From assembly GCF_000315625.1 (NCBI RefSeq), contig NW_005434628.1, positions 200,595 to 264,594 on the forward strand: DNA of 64,000 nt, read 5' to 3'. The number at the start of each line of letters is the position of its first letter. Position 1 is the first letter of the stretch. Position numbers and translations under genes: made by a program. Origin of the DNA: Guillardia theta CCMP2712 (lineage: Eukaryota > Protista > Cryptophyta). The notes below the pieces were generated by a model. The model was given only the letters and a program-made list of their open reading frames with translations, had not been told where the DNA came from and did not search any database. Positions 53,780 to 64,000 of this stretch are shown here, in pieces.

Positions 53780-56286
53780 TCAAAGTGCCGAACTCAAGTG
53801 TGGGGCCATCAAAGAAAGCCTTCGCTTCGAGGAGGCCTCGGACACTTGCTTTCCAAGTACCTTGGCTGACAGGGCGTCTGACTTAAAATCCTCCTCCTCC
53901 ACCTCCGGCAGTGGTTCTCCCCTAATCATCGCTTGCTCACATGCAACCAGGTATTGCTGCTGCTTCCCGATGACGCTGCCAGGACGGTTGATCCTCAGCC
54001 ATGCTATCGTCTCTCGCGCTCCCCATCCCAAGTTCTTCATCACCCACAAGGCCACCAGGGTCCCAGTCCTGCCCAGCCCGGCCAGGCAGTGGATCGCAAT
54101 GGTGCCATTCTCGCTGTCGCAGATGTCGAAGAACTTGTCTATGATGTCCCTTGGCGGGGTGGTGCAGTCGTCGAAGTAGAGGTCATAGTGGCGGAGGCCG
54201 TGGCTGATGAACTCCTCCCTGTCGTAGGTCGTCGGCTCGTTGAGGCGGATGATGGCTGATATACCGCGCTTCTTGAAGAGAGCCGAGTACTCCTGGATCG
54301 TCCTCGTCCTAGTGTCCGAGTTGTTCGGCCCACGAAAGGCCAGAAACTTGGGGCAGACGAAGTGCGCGTCGAAGTTGGCCGGGTTGTCAAGCCACTGGTA
54401 TTTCTGCACCTCGAAGCTGTGATAGTTGAACCAGCCGATGGTCATCGCGTTCCTTAACCCTTTGAAACAGTCCAACAGCGAGATGGTGAACGACGGGATC
54501 TCGTAGGTGGCGTCCTGGAAAGGGATGAACGCATTCTTCTCAAAGCCCGAGAAGCATTTTGCGACTCGATCGGGAGACCATCTTTGAACGATAACAAGGA
54601 AAGCGCCAAGCAAGAAGGCAGCGTTTGTCCGGTAAGGAGGATCCTTCTCTGCATAATACACAAGTTTCCTTGATTTCAGCCTGGGATCCAAAAGCTTTTC
54701 CTCAACGAACTTGCAGAACAAGTAGACCTCAGCGAGATTGACAGGACCAAAGTCATGACAAAAAGGAATGTAAGCTTCATGATGAGTGCTTGAGAAAAAG
54801 AATATATCGCGATGCTTCAATATTTCCAATTTCGTCTGTCCCTCGTTCTTGTGGATTGTAAAGTATAGTTTCCCTGGCATCAGGGAATGAATCTTACCGT
54901 ATCCTGTTGAGTCATCTGCATAGTATTCTGCCATGGAAGACATGCTTGCTCCCCACGAAGATTGATTTTGCAACCACTGCTTGCGGCTGTCCGACTGCAT
55001 GCTCTCAAGCTTTGCTTTTCGCTTGTCTGCTGTCTTGAAAAGAATTTTCAAGACAGCTCGATTCCCAACCAAGTTTCTCTTGATGATCTCTATGAAGTCC
55101 GATGACTTCAAAATCCAACATTTGCATTCACCATATGCCACAACATCGCACATTCTGAGTTGTCCCCTTGGACTTGCCTTATGATCATCGGATATGTACT
55201 TGCGACAAGCTGCCACGAAAGCAATCTCTCCAAAGCAGTCACCTGCGAAGATGTGCTTTACAAACTTTCCATCTACCACGATGCTTGCTTTCCCAGATTC
55301 CATGAAATAAAGAGATGAGCTCGAGTCTCCTTGCCGCACAATGGCTTCACCGTCCGCGAAGACATGAGCTTTCATTCTTCGAAAGCAGGACACTCTGCTC
55401 TTATCCAACATCGCTTCGAAGATCTCATGACTTGCATTGCTTTTTGTGTAAGCTTGAAGAAACCAAAAGAGCTAAGGTCAGCTGTACTTTCACCATTTGC
55501 TATCGCGACGGGCGATGACGCGCCGGTCACTTGCATGCTCTGTCTCCGTCCAACCATCGGGGAGAATCCTGCCCGATGCAATGCCACTTTACCCATGGAC
55601 TGACATCTTTGCTTGCCTTGCTTCATCACAAATGCATCATCGTCCAACGTTCTGGAGGGAATCTTCACTTTATCATCTTTGTGCTCCCAGCTTTGGAAGG
55701 TCTTTGTTAAGATCCTATGGTGCAAGGACATCAGAAGTCAACACAGGCAAAAACGGCACCAACCTCATGATAGCTTTTCTGCTTGTAGCATCCGATTGAA
55801 ACACTGTAAGAAAATGTTTCACGGTAAGCTCTAAACAGCGACACATGTCCGTTGCCACGATCGATGCCGTTCGTTTCCTCTTGATTGTCCCCACCTTGAA
55901 CTCGCTCTGCTCAATGAAGCTTGCGACGGTGGCAAGGAAAGATCCTTCCCCAAAGAAATCGCCTTCGCCAATGTTGCAGATGAACTCATCGTCCTTGACA
56001 ACCTTAGCAGATCCTATATCGATAAAGTACTGCAATACGTATCCAAACATCAGATCCCATCTAGGCAGCTCATATCTCTTACCATCGTTGTTCCCACGGA
56101 GCCTTGCTCTACAATAACTTCGCCCTGATCAAAAGTACAGATCTTCATCCCGGCGATGCACGCTTCTCGCGATTCATTACTGATAGCATCAAACAGCACG
56201 CAAGAAGGAGAGCTGCTCTTGGAACTTGCGTGCGTTTTGAAGTCCATTCTTGGAGACAATGCAGATACTTCAGATTGTACGTGCAT
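53780..56286 (-). CDS. Cdc14-family dual-specificity phosphatase with two N-terminal cyclic-nucleotide-binding (cNMP) domains
   Basis: cNMP 1: FDQGEVIVEQGSVGTTM|YFIDIG...GDFFGEGSFL...RTASIVA. cNMP 2: FADGEAIVRQGDSSSSLYFMESG...GDCFGEIAFV...RMCDVVA. Cdc14: YIPFCHDFGPVNL, NAAFLLGAF, PFQDA, IRLNEPTTYD, HCLAGLGRTG (54065-54091), IAWLRINRPGSVIG.QQ. Three short GT-AG introns join the ORFs in frame. Confidence 0.92.
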
Positions 56287-56509
56287 GACTAGAAGATTGG
56301 TATTTGATTCTCTCTCTCACACTTCAGTCTTACCAGTTCCAAGGGATCCCCCGACCTCTCTTGCTGACATCCTTCCAGATCTTGTAAAGACTCAATTGCA
56401 TCCTCCTACTCCATATCCACAAAGCTTGGTCTTCAAGTGCTGGTGGCCTAACTTAACCCTCTCTCCTGCTGTCTCCTGCTCTCCGCCATCCTGCGCTTGT
56501 CAACTCGAC

Positions 56510-57130
56510 TTGAGATACCCCACCCCCTCCTTGCTTCCCATGCTCATCCGCTGCTAGTACCTGTACCCCACCTTCAACTGTACATGGCTGATAGGGGGTA
56601 GCGAAAGCACGGGGGTACTACAGGATATGACAGTGACCCCTGCGTCTCGTTCGGGCATCAACCCCTGCCAACCCCCCGATTTCCTGAGGGCATGCCACCG
56701 GTACCCCTCCTGGCATGCTGACCACCCCTTCAGCCACGTAAGGATCGCAAGGCTGGCAGGGCTTGCAGGGGAACAATGGGGGTAGATGTCGATAAAGTTG
56801 TGTTCTAGCCAGGGGTGGAGGAGCTCACAGACCCCTGGGTGGTATGGGGGTAGTGAGGTGGTGCGATTATGAGACCTGGTAGCCAAGGAGACACAGTGAG
56901 GGGGGTAGGGGTGTGAGGGGTAGTTCCCTTTCCTGTAAGTCAAGTCCAGGGGGACTAGGGTGGTGAGGCGTGTGGTAATGGCTTCTAGTTGCGCAGGGGG
57001 TGGGGTTACATACGAGGGGTCGGATCTCTTTCAGGAGGTCATCTCCAGATTGAGCCCACGGGGTACAGATGCTGGTCAACTGGGGAGTGGGGTAGGGTGA
57101 GTGCGATGCTGGAGTGGGGTGGGGGTCCTA
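56510..57130. promoter_or_regulatory. GGGTA/TACCC-rich intergenic tract upstream of the cNMP-Cdc14 gene
   Basis: Dense ggggta/gtaccc words; no credible ORF. Confidence 0.35.
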
Positions 57131-57149
57131 CTACTAGAGGGCGGAGGTC

Positions 57150-57424
57150 GAGTGATACCTCACAATAATATAATGTCATTGCTACACTTTTACACCCTTT
57201 ATAATTTATGTATAACAATATGATACTGCCTTTCTATAAATTATCGGGGGACCAGTGATACCTAAATATAATTAACCTACCATTTTATACCCTTTCATAA
57301 TTATGTATAACAATATGATACTACCTTTCTATAAATTATCGGGGAGCTCGAGTGATACCTCAATAATCATACTACCCTTTTATAATCATACCACCCTTTG
57401 ATAATCATACTACCCTTTGATAAT
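57150..57424. repeat. AT-rich nested tandem repeat: two ~100-bp units plus three 19-bp units
   Basis: agtgatacct recurs near 57151, 57254 and 57351; tatgtataacaatatgatact.cctttctataaattatcgggg occurs twice; ataatcatac(t/c)accctt occurs three times. Confidence 0.9.
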
Positions 57425-57669
57425 TAGGTCATGCTATTCCGCATGTCACGTTGAAAGTACAGTATCTATTCCAGTTGACAATGGTGAAAGTTCACTGCCT
57501 TCTTTAATCCGAGGCTGTCATTTGACTGCATAAGATGATGTCATGGCTGCTGAAATATTTTGTTGGTTGATTTGTTTGTTGTGTCAGACTTTAGATCTCT
57601 TCGTTTTTTTTGCTTACACTTTCTTCCTGCATCTTTATCTCTCCTCCCTTTGCTTTTTTTATTATCATA

Positions 57670-58720
57670 TGCTTCATCGAAGCAGGGATGTAGACCATGT
57701 CGTCTCGGATGTCAATCTCTGCTGCATCGCCTCTTCTCCTTTCTTCCATCCGTATTTCTCTAGCACCCCACTGTCTTCGACGGGGGTTATCGCAAACCTG
57801 CCAAGCTCCTCGAGCGGAATAAGAAAAATCACCCTCACTTTCCATCCTAACCCTCCTGCCGCTATGTTAAGTGCTTTGAAAGCCTGCAAGAAGAGAGAGG
57901 GTTTAGAAAGGATGCTTCTGACTTGCACAAATATTAGTTGCCATTGGCATAATGATCATATCACCGGACAGGGAGTTTCACTCAAGCCAGTCTGTGATGT
58001 CTTCTTGAAAAAGTTCATCTCGAACAGAGCCCCTTCCACACTCCGATTCCCGGTACCAAAGCCTAGTTAGTCTGACATTCATCTCCGAAAAGCTTCACTT
58101 GCTCATAAAGCTCATCGTCCTGCGCCGCCTCCAGGTACTCATCAAGCGTCCAAGAAACAATCTTGTGTATCTCGAGCTCCGCATCGTTATCCCTCTCCGA
58201 GTAAACCTCCTCCCGAGATAACATCGATGTCACGACAACGTCACCATACCCCATTCCTGACAATCTATGTACATATCTTCATGAGCTGCTGTCCAGCACT
58301 GCAAGATGCTTCTTGCCCTCAGACCCTTCAAAAAGATCACGTATCCCCTCAGCAACAGATTTGTACACGACGTGGCATGATCTTCAACTCCCGTCTACTA
58401 CTTTCACGCAGTACATATGCGCAGGCTCGAGCCTTAGAAACGTTACCCTCCATTCTTCATGTCCAAGACGTGCTGGTAGGGATGGATTACTGTTCGACAT
58501 GTCGATCTGCCAGCTACAAAGCTGACGGAGCAGTAACGAGGTCAAGCAAGAGGCCGTCTGAGGGAGGGGTCGAATCTTCTGTGGTCGAGAAGGGTTGGGT
58601 CAAAGTTACTGGGAGGGGGCGGAACGGCAGGAGCAACACCACATGACTACTGGTCGCCTTCTTCGGAGCTGCGACGTTGACGGTACTGCAGTCCAATATG
58701 TCGGAGCCGAGGAGCAAAGC
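57670..58720 (-). pseudogene. Broken protein-like reading frames; probable pseudogene of unknown family
   Basis: Successive complex-composition peptides (SWQIDMSNSNPSLPARLGHEEWRVTFLRLEP; LEIHKIVSWTLDEYLEAAQDDELYEQV; LFLQAFKALNIAAGGLGWKVRVIFLIP) are separated by stops or frame changes without obvious introns. Confidence 0.35.
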
Positions 58721-59019
58721 AGTGTCAGCGTTACAACTACCACGTTACCTTGCTTACTGATCACGCCGTCAAGCTGACATGTAGTAAAGTCCCTCCCCTC
58801 ATTATATACACCTTGAAGAAGAAACTCATCTTGTCTTCCCCTGTCCTTGCTACGACGACCCCGCTGGTCCTGGATTTCAGCTTAGCCTCTCCATCCTCCG
58901 AGTCTTGTCTATACGTTTGACTTGTTGTCAGTCCCGTTGATAGGTTTTACTGAACTGAGATAATGCCGCTGTCACATACTGCTCTTCAATCCTATTGTGC
59001 AAAATTGGTACTTCGTGAA

Positions 59020-59960
59020 GTGCAGACAAACTGCGTCACCATCGCAGCTGAAGATGTTGACGACGTAATGCTCGAGGAGATGGTGGCTAGCTATACAATC
59101 GACACCTCCTTTCTCGATGTCACCCTATCCAAATCTAGTCGCCTCAGGAAACAGAAATTTGCGTAAAAGATGCAAAGCAGTAAGAGACCGAGCCTTTCCT
59201 GTTATGTAATTTAGAGATGATGTGTATAAAGGTAATCGAATGAAAAATTAAACCGAAACATATAATACAAACAAAGAGATCCTTTCCATTCTATGACAGC
59301 AATTTGTAAGTTCGGCAAAAGTCAAATGCTGGGCCCCTGCGCTTTCAACCTCGGAGAGCAAACATTCCATTGAGAAGCATGTCAGGTGAAAGCAGCGTCT
59401 GCAATCCGATGAAGATGTCTCTTCCTATTCAACACAGAGAGACAGGGCGGCTGCGGATGTTCGAAAAGAAGAGCAACATTATCAAGTTTGCACTCATACA
59501 CTTCAACGCCGCAAGAAGGAATTTTCGTTTGTCACCCATCGTGGATTCATTTAAAGCAAAATCAGAACATTTGAAATGTCATCGAATCATTCTTGCACAA
59601 TTTTCATTTGTATAACTCAGTCAAAGATAACTAAAACTCTTGGACCCAACAGTCTTGTGATTTTACTACAGGGGACTAGCCGCAACAGCGTTTGACTGGA
59701 TTGCTGACCTTTTTTTTTGGATTCTTTACTCCTGCCAGCGATTTATCCTGCCTTCTTGCAGCCACCCCTCAGCCTTTCTGCTACATCTGACCCCCAACTC
59801 CAGCCTCTCGCCGCTTGCCAGTGCCTTGCCATGCTCCCAACGCAGACAGCACCTCATCGCATTCGCAACAGGTCGTCCTCACTCTGCCATGAGCAGGAAA
59901 CCTTCACGCTTGCTGCTGAAGACGTTGACGATGCTATGCTCGAACACATGATTGCGCGGT
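59020..59960 (+). other. Two paralogous short coding-like exons (~59020-59090 and ~59893-59960)
   Basis: CVTIAAEDVDDVMLEEMVA versus TFTLAAEDVDDAMLEHMIA; within the shared core the differences are largely third-position. Confidence 0.45.
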
Positions 59961-60181
59961 GTCAGGTTGCTGGATCCTGGTGAAACTCCATGCACACAAT
60001 TCAAGTTCTACTCAGCATCGCCGACGTGCATGGGAGGCAGCCGTAAACCCTTATTGAAGAATGAATATGTATGAAACGAACTTGTCTTATTCCGAAACAC
60101 GAAAGAATATTGGCTGTCAATGGGTTCCTCCCTCTCCTCCACCTTGTACAAGGCTGCTTGTCTCGTCCATCCCTACACACT

Positions 60182-61818
60182 TCACGAGGCCTTGCCGCCT
60201 TTCTTTTTGGCGCCTGTCCTTCCGCTCCCTTGGACGGAGTCGGAGGTGCAGAAGCCTTGACGGTCGAGGAGTTCCCTAGCTACGTTGTTGATGTGTTTGA
60301 ACCTGCAGCCAAGTCGTCATGTTCAGCGGCTGGTCGACTCTTTGGGGATACCTGTCAGGGCCCAGCTGGATTCCTCCGTACCATCGTGACACGACTACAC
60401 ACACGTTCAAGGCAGAGACGATGTCGAGGAGATGGAGCAGTCGCGACCCGGCCTGAGCCAGTCAAGTCAGGGGGGCGGGAGTGGCGCGGCAGGGTGGAGG
60501 GGTATCAATCCTACCGCAGTCTCGCCATCATCGTCACAGTCTGCGTGCAAGTTGCCTGGGTCGACTTGACGTCAGCGCAAGGAGATCGAAGAGTCGCGCG
60601 CGCCTTTGTCGCTGATGAACCTGAAGGCCATGATGTTGTGCGTTGCCCGGGCGATCTTCGAAATGGAGGAGGTGAGAAGGGAGGATGGCGTATAACCAGC
60701 ACCTTGTTGTTTGAGTTCAGAACTAGTAGCAGCTCCCTGACCTGCAGCACCGCGGGATCACAGACGGGTGAGTCTGACATGAATCAGGATCACCTCCCCC
60801 TCTGAGTGAACTTCGGCAAGGTGCGCTTGAAACGTGCTCTTCCTGTCTGTGAACGGATCGCCTGCGTACCCACCACCTGCATCAGGCAGAGGCAGAGGCA
60901 GAGGCAGAGGCAGAGGCAGAGAGTCAAAGAGGTAACGAGGTGAGAGGAGAAGGGGGCGAGGGAGCATCTGACCGTGCTGGATCCTCGCCTCCCATTTTGC
61001 GATGAGATGATCAGCAGAATCAGAGATCCTAATGGCTCTCGAGCTGACGAAGGAGCAAAGAATGAGGAGCGAGGTTGGGAACAGGAAGACCAGATGGGGT
61101 CAGGCAGTTGCAATGGATAGGGCAGAGATGGGTAAGGGAAAGGGAAGTGAGGAGAAGAAACGGTGGGAGACGGGGACAAGGAGGAGGGAGAAAAGGAGGG
61201 AAGAAGAGAAGGGAAAGAGAAGCAGGCAGCTAGATAGCTCTCCTTGCACGAAAGGTCTGACCTGTTGTCCTCTTGCTCATCAAAGAAGTCATTCAGGAGT
61301 TTGGACTGCATTGCTGAAGCCAGCTCCTCATCTGCCTCCTCCTGGTCCCTCGTGCTCGCTTCCTCCCTTGGTGAGGGAAGGAAGGATCGTATCAGCTCTG
61401 CTCCTTCGTTCCTCAGAAACTCCGTCAACTTGAAGACTACGACCTGCCTCTCGTTAACCCTCTGCCGCTCCCTCCACCTCTTACCTCTCCAACACTCTCC
61501 CTCGCCAACTTCTCCAGCTCTTCAATCAGGAGGTTCACTTGCGAGGGCTCCAGCCAGTCTGCCTTGAGCTCGAACAGCGGAGGCTCCTGGGACGGATAGA
61601 ACTCGGGCAGGGCACAGAGGAAACGGATCGATTGCTCTCCTTCCACCGCCAACGAGATTTCGAAGGAGTCGTCCGAGACCTGGACAGACTTGCATCAACG
61701 CCTCCTCCTCGACCTCCCGCACAGCGCCTGTCTGCTGGCTTACCTTGCTAAAATCCTCGCCGAAGATTGCACTGAGCGCCTCCATCTCCTCCTCCCTCTC
61801 TTGCCTGTCTGCGCTCAT
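60182..61818 (-). CDS. IMPACT: IMPACT/YIH1 family protein (RWD + UPF0029), GCN2-pathway regulator
   Basis: MSADRQEREEEMEALSAIFGEDF, LPEFYPSQEPP (RWD); GDPFTDRKSTFQAH, KIARATHNIMAFR, DCDDDGETA|AGSRLLHLL, VSRWYGGIQLGPDR|FKHINNVAR; TGA 60182-60184. Confidence 0.95.
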
Positions 61819-62257
61819 CGCCTCGTGCTGCCGGACGCGAGGAGCAAGCTTGCTATGAATCCCCAGACGCGGCCTGTTCGCATTCGCCGGGCAACGCGAT
61901 GGAGATGCGCTTACGACGATGGCTGGGAGCAGGAGCAAGAGCAGGAGGCCTTCTACATGTACTATCTTGATCTGCACAGCGTTTAGCCAACTATCATGAG
62001 ATCGAGAAGTTCTCGAAGTCAGGGGTCCATGGGAGGGTTTAACTAGTGTCCCTCATGCTCGACTAGCTGTTCTCCCTTCTTGACACGCTGATTCAAGATC
62101 TCTCAAAAACATTCTCACAAGCTCGAGCAGCATTTTGTCCTTTTGCGATTCTCTCTGTTTGATCCTTCCTTCGCATGCTCTGGGTTTCTCATCCCCTTCT
62201 CTTCTCTTCTCCTTATCTTTGTCCTTAACTTTCTTGCTCTCTCTCGCTTCTCTCCTC

Positions 62258-62332
62258 CTCTGCTCTGCTCTGCTCTGCTCTGCTCTGCTCTGCTCTGCTC
62301 TGCTCTGCTCTCCTCTCCTCTCCTCTCCTCTC
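62258..62332. repeat. (CTCTG)n/(CTCTC)n pentanucleotide microsatellite
   Basis: Direct inspection. Representative of many simple repeats in the window, e.g. (CCT)n 11100-11203, (GAGCAG)n 12703-12768 and 35072-35176, (GACAGG)n 14990-15025, (GACGAG)n 15764-15816. Confidence 0.95.
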
Positions 62333-62759
62333 CTACATTCGCAGTTACACCATTGCATGTTCGCAGTTCGACAATCGCTAGTAAAATCAGAGGGGGTAGG
62401 GGTCAATTACTCAATCAGATAACCCGTACTTGACACTGATTGAATGCCTAAAAAAGAGGGGTACTTATTTGGTCTCAGGGAATAAAGGGGGTTGGGGTGC
62501 AGGGCTACTGCAGAAAGAAGCGCGCATGAAAATGGAGAGTGGGGAAAGGGGGACGGGGGAGAGAGAGGAGGAGAGAGGAGAACGAGCGTGTTCGATAGAG
62601 GGGGAGGATAAGCAGGGGAGGAAGGTAAGGAAGACTGCAGAGTGATATTGGAATGGGGGGGTCAAAGGAGCAGGGAGAAATATGAATGAGAGGACGAATG
62701 AAGTTGAGAACAACGTGCCATGCGATGTTTTACTGATGGACTTGCCTCTTTCATGGCAG

Positions 62760-63724
62760 ATGAGCGGCAACGAAGACTCGGATGAAGGGTGAATAGAAGC
62801 ATGCAGAAGCTTGTGAGTTGCTGACTGGTTGCTAGGATGGAGGACGAGGCAGAAATGGAAGAGGAAGAGGACGAGGAGGAGGAAGACCAGAATGCAACGG
62901 GGGAGATGGAGAGCGAGATCATCGAGGAGATCTGTGAGATATTGATCGCAGCACCTGTCCTCATTGATGTTGTTCCCAGCCGGCATGACCTCTGAGGCTC
63001 GAAGGAAGCAGAAGCGGCAAACCATGCCGTACATGACCAAGTGAGGCAGCACTGCTAGCAGCATACACATCCCTGCTCACTCCTCCTCTGCTGCTGTCAG
63101 GTACGAGAGGACGCGCATCTTGGGGATCCGTGCTCTGCAGATCAGCATGAACGCGCCTGTCATGGTAAGGCCCGCCATGGTTAAAGCGTGGTTTACATGA
63201 GAGCGATTGAAAAAGAGATGATGGTGCAGCTGTCGATGGTTGCGAGGGGAGGATGGTGTTGGTGTGAGTGATGCTGGTGAAGGGACAACCGTATGCCGCG
63301 CCTCGAACAATCGCAGATGAATGATTATGTCAATGTGTTGGACTGTTGCGTTTCCACTGTCATGCGCGCGATGGCGGAACATGTGCTGGAGTTTGACTCA
63401 TTGTCCTGTTAGGTTCCTGTGGACAAGGAAACTGATCCTCTCAAGATTGCGACCAAGGAGCTGATTGCTGGTGGGGAAGGAGGAGGACCGCAGAGTGATG
63501 AAAGGGGCGGAGGAGGGAGGGAGGGGGAGAGGAGGATGAAGAGAAGGAGGGAAGAGGGCAACAAGGGAAAGGGGTTATAGAGGAGGAGGGGAGTGCTACT
63601 AAGAGGAGGGGCAGGCAAGGTTCCCTTCATCATCAGGCGGCATCTTCCCAACGGATCGTCGGAGGACTGGGCGGTGAACGAGCTGATCATAGAGCACGTG
63701 TCGCTCACGGATCGTTATCAATGA
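62760..63724 (+). CDS. RPB6: DNA-directed RNA polymerases I/II/III shared subunit RPABC2 (RPB6); absent from the ORF track
   Basis: Acidic N-terminus, then spliced TMPYMTK|[21 protein letters not shown]|[19 protein letters not shown]|[26 protein letters not shown]; TGA 63722-63724. Confidence 0.95.
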
Positions 63725-64000
63725 AGAGAGATGGCAAGGAGATGCGTTGATGAGGAGATGGCAAGGAGATGTGTTCTGAGATGTCAAGAGAACGCAACCA
63801 GTTTGTTCACTACACACGAACACGTCTGTTGTTATGAGGGGAAGGTACTTGTCACTCAAATGATCTTCTAGTGAGCTCGATGTTGGTTCAGTCGGTAGGA
63901 GTCTGAGGGAGAGTTAAGAGACGAGTGGAGAATCTTGGGAAAGAAGGGGAGGGATAAGAGATGGACAGGGAGGGAGGCGAGGGAGGCGAGGGAGAGGGAG

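Noticed and set aside
57150-57424. Repeat-spacer-like pattern as a CRISPR array
   Set aside because: The intervening sequences are themselves repeated; it is a nested tandem repeat.
61819-61977. Signal-peptide-like extension upstream of IMPACT
   Set aside because: The ORF does not begin at an ATG there, the Leu run comes from a (CTCCTG)n repeat, and the ATG at 61818 matches the usual IMPACT start.

Overview
Gene-dense, intron-rich eukaryotic nuclear DNA. Very short (~40-60 bp) spliceosomal introns, (GGA/CCT)n low-complexity introns and signal+transit-like leaders suggest a cryptophyte alga (Guillardia/Hanusia-like); this taxon call is inference. Most ORFs in the supplied track are exon fragments or microsatellite shadows, so gene models were spliced by eye and their boundaries are approximate. 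Recognisable genes: a signal-peptide dsRBD protein, an RS-repeat protein, a RING-IBR + MYCBP2-type RING-Cys-relay E3 ligase, RhoGDI, a CEP164-like WW/TM/Sel1 protein, an FKBP, two ankyrin proteins (one fused to PLAC8), a tandem-SPRY protein, a probably plastid-targeted MutS2, a ~2,785-aa ankyrin protein encoded mostly by one 8.2-kb exon, an inverted pair of SLC35B/UAA transporters, a 2x cNMP-binding + Cdc14 phosphatase fusion, IMPACT and RPB6. No rRNA, tRNA, CRISPR or recognisable transposase was seen. Best leads: (1) a ubiquitin-tail-like LRGG motif after the signal peptide in two unrelated genes whose mature parts look cytosolic or nuclear, a candidate periplastid import-processing signal; (2) a candidate cyclic-nucleotide-regulated Cdc14; (3) an RBR/RCR hybrid E3; (4) two inverted duplications able to form hairpin RNA; (5) a recurring intergenic architecture of GGGTA-rich tracts plus CCGG-rich islands.
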